Shown piece by piece: positions 40,351-49,771 of a DNA stretch of 64,000 nt. The stretch is from IMG/VR virus record IMGVR_UViG_3300024255_000001; one strand, 5' to 3'. Within the stretch, counting starts at the first letter, position 1, and every line of letters starts with the position of its first letter. The translations under genes were made by a program, and so were the position numbers. The stretch comes from a virus. The notes beneath the pieces were generated by a model. That model saw only the letters and a list, made by a program, of their open reading frames with translations. It made no database searches and had not been told where the DNA came from.

Positions 40351-40929
40351 TTATTCTATGATTAATTCACCGATTTGTTTAGAATATGGTTCCTTTTCCC
40401 ATAGATTAATTGCTATTGCCTTTCTAGTACCGCGTGTAACTTGCTGTACTGTATGTGGATCTTGTCCAGCTTGAAATATGATAAATCTATTAGGTCTTGC
40501 TTTGATGATCTCTGGGGTTGATTCTCGGCCATCTGCATATATAGCTAATTCACCGCCATCAAAATCTTGTCCTGGTGGATAATATACACTACCTATTAAT
40601 GGACTTACAACTTCTTTTGTTTTTTGCCACCACGCTTCATCTTTATCAAAATGGATTGGTAGATTATTAATATAACCGTCATTTAGATTATCTGCAGACT
40701 GATGTCCAGTCCAATATTCAAAACCATCTATATTAAATTGCTCGCTAATAGGACAGTGGTCTCCCCAGACATATTGAATTATACGTTGAGTTGTATTTTT
40801 AGCCGGAGTATTCCACCAGCCGCTATACCATTTGTATGCGCCAGGCTCTTTAAAGATCTGACTATAATTCTGTTCTATTTCTTTTAATAGATTTTCATCT
40901 TTAATAAAATTATCAAATACTGCTATCAT
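40351..40929 (-). CDS. 2OG-Fe(II) oxygenase
   Basis: HFDKDE, GGEL, PHTV, RKAIAINLW (HxD...H...R). Confidence 0.8.
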   Translation of the reverse strand: MIAVFDNFIKDENLLKEIEQNYSQIFKEPGAYKWYSGWWNTPAKNTTQRIIQYVWGDHCPISEQFNIDGFEYWTGHQSADNLNDGYINNLPIHFDKDEAWWQKTKEVVSPLIGSVYYPPGQDFDGGELAIYADGRESTPEIIKARPNRFIIFQAGQDPHTVQQVTRGTRKAIAINLWEKEPYSKQIGELIIE

Positions 40930-41225
40930 TCAAATGGGTTAATTAAGATTTTAAAAGACTCTTTACCAGGCTCTTCATTTGTTTGTTCACATAAACCTAA
41001 TATTACCAATTCTTTTGCAGATTCTAAAATTTTATCTGGATCTGATTCTGGGAATCTATAAGTTTTTAATGCATGGTAGGTAAAGCTACCTTTATATCTG
41101 TCAGGATTTCTATTGCAGAGTTTTACTTCAGCTTGTAAAACGTCTAGCGCCGTAGGATAATCTGGTAGATCTTTTTCTATCCCTAGGATATACTTGATCG
41201 GCAGTTTATCTTTATTCAACTTCAT
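40926..41225 (-). CDS. hypothetical protein
   Basis: 99-aa ORF coupled to its neighbours. Confidence 0.55.
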   Translation of the reverse strand: MKLNKDKLPIKYILGIEKDLPDYPTALDVLQAEVKLCNRNPDRYKGSFTYHALKTYRFPESDPDKILESAKELVILGLCEQTNEEPGKESFKILINPFE

Positions 41226-42327
41226 TTTCTGCTGCTAGTAACTCGTCTACGTTTAGCTCTCTATGTTCAGTGCTATAATTGAATATTGGCTGAATTCTCT
41301 TTTCAATCTTTTGTAGAATCTCTTCTGTAAATACTTTGCTAGTAAAGAATTCTGCATTAGGAACTGCTTCGTCTAGGTGTTTACAAATCCAGCCTCTTGC
41401 ACTGGCCTTAGGTGTTTTAACTCCCTTTTCAATACTACCTTTTGCAATACCTATTTCTTCCCAATCAATATATTGTTCTAGGCCAACATATCTGTTCATA
41501 CCTTCTGTAAAATGTAAGTGGAACTTAATTGGATGTGGTTTTGCAAATCTGTTTTTATTTGGTTTTGCAGTTACAATAATACCAGTCTTTTCACCACCCT
41601 CTTTAAGTTGTGCTTTACCTAAGAATAAAACTATTGAAGCTGCATATTCTGGTCCAGTACCACCACCTGCTACCGTTTGCGAAATAAACGATTGTGTTTG
41701 GTATGTGTGATTAGTAAAGATAAATGGTATTTTAAGATCTGCTAAAGGCGTCATAATAATTCTAAAGATAGACTTTAAGATTTTAGATCTAGTCATATCT
41801 GATTTTTCAGAACCTGATTTAGCATCTTCAATTTCTTTTGCAGTTGCTAAGTTACCAGCTGAATCTAAGATAATCATTACTTTAGGAGTTTCACCACCAG
41901 CTCTTTTTACCTCTTGCATTTTAGAAGTAATCGTAGTTACTGATTGGCGAAAATCTTGTACTGTATTACATGGTTGGTAATTGACTTTATTAGTATCAAT
42001 ACCAAATTTCTTCATTAGCTCTCTATCAACTGCTGCTTCTGAATCATAAAAGATAACACTATAACCCATATCAATTGCTCTTGCAATCGAGTTTAAGATT
42101 AAGTATGTTTTACCAGTTCCTGAAGGACCTGCAATCGAACATGATCTATTGTTAGGCCATCCACCAAATAGTGAACCACTAACACATGCGTTTAAATGAT
42201 AATTACCAGTATCAATCCATTCTGTAACTTCACTAAAGCTAGAATGTTCCATAACTGAACCTAGCGGATTAATATCTGCTAATTCTTTATTAATGTCATC
42301 AAAACTAAATGATTTCTTTTTTGCCAT
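41212..42327 (-). CDS. uvsX: RecA-like recombinase UvsX
   Basis: GPSGTGKT, YDSE, ILDSAGNL, TNHTY, GGG, KNRF; middle promoter at 42347-42375. Confidence 0.95.
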   Translation of the reverse strand: MAKKKSFSFDDINKELADINPLGSVMEHSSFSEVTEWIDTGNYHLNACVSGSLFGGWPNNRSCSIAGPSGTGKTYLILNSIARAIDMGYSVIFYDSEAAVDRELMKKFGIDTNKVNYQPCNTVQDFRQSVTTITSKMQEVKRAGGETPKVMIILDSAGNLATAKEIEDAKSGSEKSDMTRSKILKSIFRIIMTPLADLKIPFIFTNHTYQTQSFISQTVAGGGTGPEYAASIVLFLGKAQLKEGGEKTGIIVTAKPNKNRFAKPHPIKFHLHFTEGMNRYVGLEQYIDWEEIGIAKGSIEKGVKTPKASARGWICKHLDEAVPNAEFFTSKVFTEEILQKIEKRIQPIFNYSTEHRELNVDELLAAENEVE

Positions 42328-42371
42328 TATATTCTTTTTGTTTATTGTTATATGTGGAAATACTAAATTGT

Positions 42372-42572
42372 TTAGAGTACGTTATCTTCTCCAAACTCAG
42401 CTTTTTCTTTTGCTCTAAGTTTTTCCAATTCTTCTAAGTAGTATTTAGCCTTTCCGCTTAATACTCTAATTTGATCTTGGACATCAGCAAGTCCGTGTAA
42501 GATTCTTTGGTATTCTCTTACATATTCTTGTTGATCTTCTGGTAAGTCTTCTATGTTAATCTTGCTGTCCAT
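42372..42572 (-). CDS. small hypothetical protein
   Basis: 66-aa ORF. Confidence 0.55.
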   Translation of the reverse strand: MDSKINIEDLPEDQQEYVREYQRILHGLADVQDQIRVLSGKAKYYLEELEKLRAKEKAEFGEDNVL

Positions 42573-42775
42573 TAATCCTCTGCTCTCCTAGCTACCTTAT
42601 CAATATCTTCTATTATTTCCTCATCTGGAAATTGTATCTTTAATTGATTAGGATCTGCTTGAGTTTTTTTCTGTGCCCAGTAGAACTCTCTTACTTTTTC
42701 ACCTAATTCCATATCATTAGGGTGTTGTTCTGCTAAAGCCATGATTTGTCTAAATTTGTAATATGTTCCGTCCAT
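42572..42775 (-). CDS. small protein with PNDxELG motif, paralog of 17014..17178
   Basis: MDGTYYKFRQIM...HPNDMELGEKVREFY. Confidence 0.65.
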   Translation of the reverse strand: MDGTYYKFRQIMALAEQHPNDMELGEKVREFYWAQKKTQADPNQLKIQFPDEEIIEDIDKVARRAED

Positions 42776-42779
42776 AATT

Positions 42780-43988
42780 TTAAAATAATGCTGATGCGTA
42801 GATCAGGTTAGTGTCTAATGTTTGTAGTCCAATTGCTTTCAATACTCTATTAAGTGGATCTATCATACATTTTTCAAATTGTGTATCAAAATCAACTTGT
42901 GGTGCAATCTCATAAGGATGCTCACCTGGTAGATACGCATAAACTTCTGAGATTGGTGTTTTACAGTTGTAAATTTTTAACTTCTCACCATTACCAATTA
43001 CTTTATACTTATTCTTATATTTTTGATTTTGATTTAAAATATAATTATAGTAGCCAGCTGCTTTTACGTTAGCTGGACATTTTAGTCCTACTTGAAATTC
43101 AATTTGATCGTCGACAATATACTTCTCAATATTATTAGTTCTACGATTAAATGAAATGTCATCGACATCTGCTAGTTGAAATTCTTTTTTAGATGCTTTC
43201 ATAAATGCAACTAATTCTTGTAATTCTTCAGCACCGGGGGTTTTTTGTGATTTAAACAAAATCCTAAGCGCTTCTACTAATTTCTCTCTAGCAAATTTAG
43301 GAGTTGAGGATTGAATAGTATCAAATCCAATGGTCTTTACTTTCTTTAGAGACTTATGTCTATCAGTAACTTCTAGTTTATCGTCCCAAGCAATGTTTTG
43401 AATATACTTTTTCTTTGACATCCAAATACCATTATATGCTAAAGATTCTAATTCAAAGAATAAGAAGTTATCTGTATTTCTAGAAGAGGCATACTTCTTC
43501 ATACATACTGTAATATAATCCTTAAGTCTAAATGCATAGAATGCTAAGATAAACTCATCAAGTGGTAGAGCTTTAGTGTCATCATTCCAAACAATAGTTT
43601 CATATAGATCTTGAAACTGTACGTAACAAGAATCTGTATCAATATAGATTACTGCAGGCTTTTCAACTTTACCTTTTACTGTTAAGCCGAATTGCTCATG
43701 TACTTTAATATCTTTATGCCAAAACTCTTGACAATACTTATTTAAGATAGACTCAGAGTAGAGGATAGCGTTTTTACCCTGTTTTGTAATAGACTCTGCA
43801 ATATCTATATTAAAGAAGTGAAACCATTTGTTACCGAATGCACCATAGATAGAGTTAAGAGTTAATTTTACTGCTTGTTCATAGGCAGTATATTTAGCAG
43901 ACATCTGCTTGTAGTGATCTACAAGCAGCCCTGCCTCTTCTCTACTAAGTTGATCGATAGGTTTCTCAGTGAGTTTTGTTATATCCAT
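42780..43988 (-). CDS. gp43: family-B DNA polymerase, C-terminal subunit (gp43B)
   Basis: Motif B KLTLNSIYGAFG, motif C YIDTDS, KKKY; no exonuclease domain or motif A. Confidence 0.92.
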   Translation of the reverse strand: MDITKLTEKPIDQLSREEAGLLVDHYKQMSAKYTAYEQAVKLTLNSIYGAFGNKWFHFFNIDIAESITKQGKNAILYSESILNKYCQEFWHKDIKVHEQFGLTVKGKVEKPAVIYIDTDSCYVQFQDLYETIVWNDDTKALPLDEFILAFYAFRLKDYITVCMKKYASSRNTDNFLFFELESLAYNGIWMSKKKYIQNIAWDDKLEVTDRHKSLKKVKTIGFDTIQSSTPKFAREKLVEALRILFKSQKTPGAEELQELVAFMKASKKEFQLADVDDISFNRRTNNIEKYIVDDQIEFQVGLKCPANVKAAGYYNYILNQNQKYKNKYKVIGNGEKLKIYNCKTPISEVYAYLPGEHPYEIAPQVDFDTQFEKCMIDPLNRVLKAIGLQTLDTNLIYASALF

Positions 43989-43989
43989 A

Positions 43990-44733
43990 TTAAGCCGTTT
44001 GGCAAGTAGATACTGTTAATAGTGTATTTGATTCTGTAGATTGGAATACTAACTTAGAGTCAGTAACATGTACTTTTTGTTCTTCTCTATCTAATAGGTT
44101 TAAGTACTTTTTGTAAACTGTTACTGCACCTTCTCCATTAGATTCTGGATTAATTACTGCATTAAATGATTTACCAGTTACAGCAACACCTTTACCATTT
44201 GCTTTTACGCTAAATGTTTCTTCACTATCAAGTCCAAATAAATTCTTTACTTTACCGATGGTATGTGTGTCCATGTTAAAGCTAAACTTAGTATTATCTA
44301 CTGCGAAGATAGCGTCTTGTTGTGCTGGAGTTAAGTCTTTAAAACCTAATGAAGGTTCTGAACATGCAAGTGTAATTTCTAATTCATCATTAAACATTCT
44401 TAGAGATGATGCGATTAACTCGCCCTCTTGTTCAATAAATTCTAACTCACCTTTAATAGCATCGCTTTCAAAGTGTTTAATAGCATCGATTACTTTTGAA
44501 CCTTCAAAGAAGGCAACTTTCATTTCTGCATCTGTGTCTGGCCATTCGCTTACTTGGAAAATCTTATCACAGGCTACAGAATGTGATTTTACTGCATCTC
44601 GTTGTGGAAGATAAACCGCTGAGTGGATCTGGCCGTTTTGGATTTTCATATAGACAAAAGAGTCTATAAGCTTTACTCGGTTAATAAACCCAGTTAAAGC
44701 GTGTTGGTCAATTCGATCAATTTGTAGTTTCAT
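43990..44733 (-). CDS. putative sliding clamp (gp45-like)
   Basis: 247 aa, alternating alpha/beta pattern, adjacent to the polymerase; middle promoter at 44756-44784; weak motif support. Confidence 0.5.
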   Translation of the reverse strand: MKLQIDRIDQHALTGFINRVKLIDSFVYMKIQNGQIHSAVYLPQRDAVKSHSVACDKIFQVSEWPDTDAEMKVAFFEGSKVIDAIKHFESDAIKGELEFIEQEGELIASSLRMFNDELEITLACSEPSLGFKDLTPAQQDAIFAVDNTKFSFNMDTHTIGKVKNLFGLDSEETFSVKANGKGVAVTGKSFNAVINPESNGEGAVTVYKKYLNLLDREEQKVHVTDSKLVFQSTESNTLLTVSTCQTA

Positions 44734-44785
44734 CTAAATATATTTTTGTTTGATTGTTATATTGGTAAGTTACTAGTTGTTTCAT

Positions 44786-44870
44786 AAAAAGTGAGGCCAG
44801 GAAGTAGCGAACCCCTGGCCTCGATCCGAGAACTATCTCGGTCCTAAGAAGTGGACTTAACCACAACTGG
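44786..44870 (-). ncRNA. GC-rich three-hairpin element ending in a terminator, after nrdA
   Basis: gtgg/ccac, ccgaga/tctcgg and gaggccagg/cctggcctc stems followed by TTTTT. Confidence 0.5.
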
Positions 44871-44874
44871 AATA

Positions 44875-46695
44875 TTAACCGTCACATGCGACGCAATCTG
44901 GGTCTGTAGCGGCTGCGGCAATGTCGCCTCTTAGTACAGATTCAGTTCGCATGTAATAAAGTGTCTTCACTCCCTCTTTGTAAGCCTCTAAGTGTACTTT
45001 ATTAATAAACTTAGTGTCGGCCTCTTTTGGGAATGCTAGATTTAAACTTACAGCCTGGTCAACATATTGTTGTCTAACACCAGCCTGTTTTACTAGATCT
45101 AGTTGATTAATTTCTTTAAATGTCTTAAAGATATTCTTTACTGGAATAAAAAGATCTTGATCTTTCTCTTCTAAATTATCAAATTTAGTCTGAGTAATAA
45201 TATTATCTTTATCTAAAATAGAAGTGGCTAGTTTTACATAGTAGTCTTCAATAAAGTCTAGTCCTTGTACAGAACCTCCGTCTTCTAAAATTTTATCCCA
45301 AGTTTTCTTAGAGTTTTTATTGATTAATTTCAAGAATTGCTCTAATACTGGATTCCTTCTAATAAAAGTACCCTTTGCTGTTTGTTCTGTGAACACGTTA
45401 GCAGCCCAAGGCTCAATCCCTGCAGATACATTACCTGCTAGTTTTGAGTTGCTTACAGTCGGTGCTATGGCTCTCAGGTGAGTGTTTCTCATACCCGTAC
45501 CTCTACACCATAGAGGTTCGCCATATTCATGTGCCATATCTCTAGATGCCTTTTCACTTTCCGTCTTTAACTGTGAAAAAATCTTGCGAGTCTCAAATTG
45601 AGCTGATAAGCCTTCAAATGGAATACCTCTTTCTTGTAAATAAGTATGCCATCCTAAAACTCCAAGTCCTAGAGCTCTACCTTTTTCTGCAGATCTTACT
45701 GAGTTTTCAAAACCTCTCATGAATTTTGCTTTCTGAATAAATTCATCCATAACTCCATCAAGGAACCAGGTAGCAGTGTAAACTAGATCTGTATCTTTCC
45801 ACTCATCATATTTTGCTAAGTTAACTGAGGATAAACAACAAACAAAAGAGTGAGACTCATCTGTATGTAGAGTAATTTCAGAACAGATATTAGTCATATA
45901 AACTTTTAATCCGTTTTGCTTATACGCTTCTGGGTTTGCTCTGTTAATATTACCTTTGAACATTACATAAGGCTCGCCAGTTGCTTTTCTCTTTCTAAGT
46001 ACTGCAACCCATCTTCTTCTAGCCTCTTTATCTCCAGCGTCAATCTTTTCCATAAAACCATCAGGTACTACAATACATTGATGTAGGTTTAAAGATTGTC
46101 TATTGACATCTCCCTTTGGTTCTCTAATTTCTAACCATTCCCAGAAGTCACCATGTTCAATATCGATATTGACAGATGCTGCCCCTCTTCTCACTGAACC
46201 CTGGTTCGTAGCCAAGATTGTTGAGTCATAGATTTTAGTAAATGGAACTACACCATCTGATGTACCATTACCGGTAATCTTACTACCTGCTGGTCTGATT
46301 TGATTAATACCGATACCTACGCCGCCTCCATGTTTTGCTAACAACATCATCTCTAAGTTTTTAGCACCAATGTCGTGGATAGAGTCTGCTACGTCGATAC
46401 CAAAACAAGAAATAGGTAGTCCTCTTTCTAGTCCTGTGTTTGATAGAACTGGACTTGCTAAGTTTAACCAACCCTTCCATATATAATCGAAGAATTTGCT
46501 TGCTAGTTCTGGTTTATTAAGTCGTCTTGCTACTGTAGTAGAAACTCTCCAGTATGCGTCTTTTGGTTTTTCATCACCAAATAGGTAACCTGCTGATATT
46601 GTTTTAACATAAACTTCGGTGTTTGCCCAAAGTGGAAAGTCCACTCCCAGTTCCCAACCGAGATGTTCTCCGTGGTTTTTTATTTTGTCTGCCAT
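44875..46695 (-). CDS. nrdA: class Ia ribonucleotide reductase alpha subunit (no ATP cone)
   Basis: PISCF, GGGVG, TNICSEI, CCLSS, APT, KTLYY, C-terminal CVAC. Confidence 0.97.
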   Translation of the reverse strand: MADKIKNHGEHLGWELGVDFPLWANTEVYVKTISAGYLFGDEKPKDAYWRVSTTVARRLNKPELASKFFDYIWKGWLNLASPVLSNTGLERGLPISCFGIDVADSIHDIGAKNLEMMLLAKHGGGVGIGINQIRPAGSKITGNGTSDGVVPFTKIYDSTILATNQGSVRRGAASVNIDIEHGDFWEWLEIREPKGDVNRQSLNLHQCIVVPDGFMEKIDAGDKEARRRWVAVLRKRKATGEPYVMFKGNINRANPEAYKQNGLKVYMTNICSEITLHTDESHSFVCCLSSVNLAKYDEWKDTDLVYTATWFLDGVMDEFIQKAKFMRGFENSVRSAEKGRALGLGVLGWHTYLQERGIPFEGLSAQFETRKIFSQLKTESEKASRDMAHEYGEPLWCRGTGMRNTHLRAIAPTVSNSKLAGNVSAGIEPWAANVFTEQTAKGTFIRRNPVLEQFLKLINKNSKKTWDKILEDGGSVQGLDFIEDYYVKLATSILDKDNIITQTKFDNLEEKDQDLFIPVKNIFKTFKEINQLDLVKQAGVRQQYVDQAVSLNLAFPKEADTKFINKVHLEAYKEGVKTLYYMRTESVLRGDIAAAATDPDCVACDG

Positions 46696-46704
46696 AATTT
46701 AATT

Positions 46705-47706
46705 TTAGTCGAATAAGTCGTCTTCGTCCCAGTTTTCACCTTCGCCAGCTTTAGAATAATCTGTAGATCTAATAGCGAAGAAATCTGTATGAGTATGACC
46801 ACCAGTTAAGTGATAGAACCAATCCAGTTCTCCAGCAGAATCTTCATCGTAATCGAATGCTGGTTCGTAACCAAGCTCTTGTAACTTTTCGTTAACTCTC
46901 TTAGTAATAAAGTTCTTAAGGTCTTTAGCTTTTAAGTTATCTAGATCTCCTTGTTCGAACATCTTATCGATAAACTTATGCTCTAATTCCTTAATAAGCT
47001 CTCCTGCTTTTAATACGTCGGCTTGTACTGATTGTTTCAATTCTGGGAACTCTTCACACATGTGTCTAAATAATCTACATCCCATTCTAGAGTGTAGAGA
47101 TTCATCTCTAACTGACCATTTCATTTGTTGTCCAACGCCTTTTAATAAGTTTCTCATTTGGAATGAGTATAAAACTGCAAAAGAACTATAAAGTGAACAA
47201 CCCTCTGCAAACGCCGAAAAAATCGCAAGAGATCTAGCAACCTCTTTCCTAGCGGTTGCATTAAACTTCAAATCTTCGTGAGTATACGGAGCTGTAGTAG
47301 CTGTTAATAGTTCAAATTTATCTGCAGTTGCAGGTTCATGTAAAAATGCTTCAAAGTCTTCAAGACCTAATGTCTCGTTTAAGTACGAGTATGCTGTTGC
47401 GTGGATAGTTTCCTGCGAGCCAAACATCATTGCCATCTGTTTGATTTCATGTTTTGGAAACCAAGTTGTAACATATTGAGTCCAGTAATCTGATACAGCA
47501 CATTCGGTTTGAGCAAAACCTAATAGGATATTACCTACTAAGTGTTTTTCGTGAGGTAAAAGATTTTCATTCCAATCTTTAACATCACCTTGCATTGATA
47601 TTTCAGTGTGCAGCCAAAAGGCTTGGGCTTGTTTTAGCCAACCTTCTGTATAATATTCTGGATATTCAAATGGTTTAAAGGCAATTCTTTCTGTGAATAA
47701 TGACAT
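46705..47706 (-). CDS. nrdB: ribonucleotide reductase beta subunit
   Basis: FW...E, ETIHATAY, FAEG, RDESLH, TDFF. Confidence 0.97.
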   Translation of the reverse strand: MSLFTERIAFKPFEYPEYYTEGWLKQAQAFWLHTEISMQGDVKDWNENLLPHEKHLVGNILLGFAQTECAVSDYWTQYVTTWFPKHEIKQMAMMFGSQETIHATAYSYLNETLGLEDFEAFLHEPATADKFELLTATTAPYTHEDLKFNATARKEVARSLAIFSAFAEGCSLYSSFAVLYSFQMRNLLKGVGQQMKWSVRDESLHSRMGCRLFRHMCEEFPELKQSVQADVLKAGELIKELEHKFIDKMFEQGDLDNLKAKDLKNFITKRVNEKLQELGYEPAFDYDEDSAGELDWFYHLTGGHTHTDFFAIRSTDYSKAGEGENWDEDDLFD

Positions 47707-47838
47707 TTGCTAATTCTTTATTTTTTATTGTTTTCTAATTAATTTAATAAAAAGGTCTTTTAGACCAAAAAAGGTCTTTCCGACCTCATTTAACCTCTAC
47801 TTAAACCTAATAAATTATTAGCAGCGCTGCTATTGATT

Positions 47839-47846
47839 TATATATC
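47839..47846 (-). promoter_or_regulatory. GATATATA late-type promoter inside a gcagcgc/gcgctgc inverted repeat upstream of nrdB
   Basis: Octamer flanked by inverted repeat arms at 47821-47827 and 47850-47856. Confidence 0.5.
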
Positions 47847-47871
47847 TTTGCGCTGCAGAAATTTATTGACT

Positions 47872-49278
47872 TTAGAGCTTAAATTTTTTTTCGATTTCAT
47901 GCGCTTTTTCATAATATGTATAAGAAGTTTTCTTGTAGTCTTTTCTTTGATCATATAGATCTGCTAAAATCTTTTTAAGAATACTATCTTTCTTCTGATA
48001 TACTACGCCATTCTCACAAACAATTACTGCTTCATCTTTACGACGCTCAGCTATTTGCGATTCCTCTACCATTTCAACGAATGAATCGGGCGAGATATTA
48101 AACTGCCTCATGATGGATGGATATAGCGATGCAAAGTCAAATGCACTTACACCACCATAATATCCAACAATTGGTTGTTTAACAAAAGCACCCTCGTACT
48201 TACTATCCTTCTTACCATCTTCTCTATCGTATTCTACACCGATACGTTTACCCTGTTCGGTTAGTTTACGAGCCATTAGAGATTCGGTAACAGCCACTGG
48301 TGAAGCGGCTTTATATAGTGGCATTCTAGTTATTGTTGCTAAAGTAAGCAGTACTTCCATCGATCTAAGCTTTTGATCGATATAGTAAACTAGACATGAG
48401 TCAACCACATTATAGAAAACATACTTTTGAAAGTCGTTTTCATATAGGTCTTGTAAGCTACCACTATATTGTATTTTACTTATACCCTCAAGGACTGCAC
48501 CAGAAACAAATGCTAATGCATTAGATTCTTTTACTGCAACCGATCTATCATATTTATCGTATAATTGCATGTAGTCCAAAATACCCATGTGAAGCGGGCG
48601 AGAGTCTTTTTTATCAAGAGCGCCAGTACAAGCAACTTCTGTTAAATCAATTTGTAAGATTTTACATCTGTTGACAATATACTGCCAGTCATAATTGATA
48701 AAGTTCCAACCTGTCATCATAGGAAATTTAGGTAAAAACTTATGTAAGAAAGCGTAGACCATGTCATACTCGTTCTTAAATTTGTAATAACTAAATTCCC
48801 AATCAGTATCATACCCATTAAAGTGAGCATTCGTATCGGATTCGATCTTATTAATTTGATCGGCCGAAAGATCTTCTAGTCCAAGCACGATTGCTTTTCT
48901 TTCTGGAGTAATAATAGAAAAGGTTAAGATTCTAGACTTAGCCTCTTCAGGTTTGGGGAAGCCATCAACAATCTCTGTCTCAATATCGACAAAGTATGTT
49001 CGTGGCATATTGAACTCAAAGATTTCATCTTGGTCTTTTTGTGGTAGACCGTCCATGAAATAAAGAAGTGAAAACTTATTAAAAGATCTAGAGATAGACT
49101 TCTTAACATGGCGACCATCCCAGTTTCTAACTGTTGCGTCTTTCCATCTGTCATTATCTTTAGCTACAACCCAGTTTTGAAACTTATCAATGTTGTATCT
49201 TTTAAAGGCAACTTCACCCTGTTTATCGTAATATGATACGATTACTTCTTTCTCTCTTTGTTCAATATCTAATAACAT
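47872..49278 (-). CDS. gp43: family-B DNA polymerase, N-terminal subunit (3'-5' exonuclease + motif A; gp43A)
   Basis: DIET, GWNFINYD, YNVVD exonuclease motifs; YEGAFV, FDFASLYPSIM, NISPD; ends in the first fingers helix. Confidence 0.92.
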   Translation of the reverse strand: MLLDIEQREKEVIVSYYDKQGEVAFKRYNIDKFQNWVVAKDNDRWKDATVRNWDGRHVKKSISRSFNKFSLLYFMDGLPQKDQDEIFEFNMPRTYFVDIETEIVDGFPKPEEAKSRILTFSIITPERKAIVLGLEDLSADQINKIESDTNAHFNGYDTDWEFSYYKFKNEYDMVYAFLHKFLPKFPMMTGWNFINYDWQYIVNRCKILQIDLTEVACTGALDKKDSRPLHMGILDYMQLYDKYDRSVAVKESNALAFVSGAVLEGISKIQYSGSLQDLYENDFQKYVFYNVVDSCLVYYIDQKLRSMEVLLTLATITRMPLYKAASPVAVTESLMARKLTEQGKRIGVEYDREDGKKDSKYEGAFVKQPIVGYYGGVSAFDFASLYPSIMRQFNISPDSFVEMVEESQIAERRKDEAVIVCENGVVYQKKDSILKKILADLYDQRKDYKKTSYTYYEKAHEIEKKFKL

Positions 49279-49742
49279 TAATATCCTCGGTTTTGACGGT
49301 CATGGTTTTCTGCGTTCTTCGCCATGTACAAGTTAACAATATCTTTAGAAGTCATACCAATAGAAATTGCAAAGTTCATATAAAAGTGCAATCCATCGAT
49401 CCATTCATAAAAGAGTTCTAACTTATCTGCCTCTGTCAAATCCTCAATCTTCATGTTCTCTGCTTCTTTGTGTGTGCTTTTCCAATACTTCCAAGCACCA
49501 GAAGCAATACCATCGTTGATACCTCCTAAGGCATCAAACATTTCATTTAGTTCATCACTCATTGCGTGTTTGTTAACACACCAGAAATCTGCAATTTGTT
49601 TTAAGTTCCAACCTGTAAAGTCAAAACCTAAACGCTTTTGTAGTTCTACCTGCTTATTGTAAATCAGGCCTAGTGTGTCATCTGCTTCCGAGTGGAAATC
49701 TTGTACCTCGAGATCGGCACATTTGTTATCTGCGTTCGCCAT
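49278..49742 (-). CDS. dCTPase/dUTPase (T4 gp56 / dimeric dUTPase family)
   Basis: DELNE, WKYWK, EWIDGLHF, YMAKNAENHDRQNRGY. Confidence 0.85.
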   Translation of the reverse strand: MANADNKCADLEVQDFHSEADDTLGLIYNKQVELQKRLGFDFTGWNLKQIADFWCVNKHAMSDELNEMFDALGGINDGIASGAWKYWKSTHKEAENMKIEDLTEADKLELFYEWIDGLHFYMNFAISIGMTSKDIVNLYMAKNAENHDRQNRGY

Positions 49743-49771
49743 ATATTTTTATTTGTATTTTATAGTTAAAA

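Noticed and set aside
40351-40929. 2OG-Fe(II) oxygenase as a TET/JBP base-modifying enzyme
   Set aside because: Motifs look like the prolyl-hydroxylase-type oxygenases common in marine phages, and it is unlinked to the modification cluster; cannot be fully excluded
43988-47872. Intron, intein or mobile element explaining the polymerase split
   Set aside because: The interval holds ordinary nrdA, nrdB and clamp-like genes; no homing endonuclease, intein termini or terminal repeats seen
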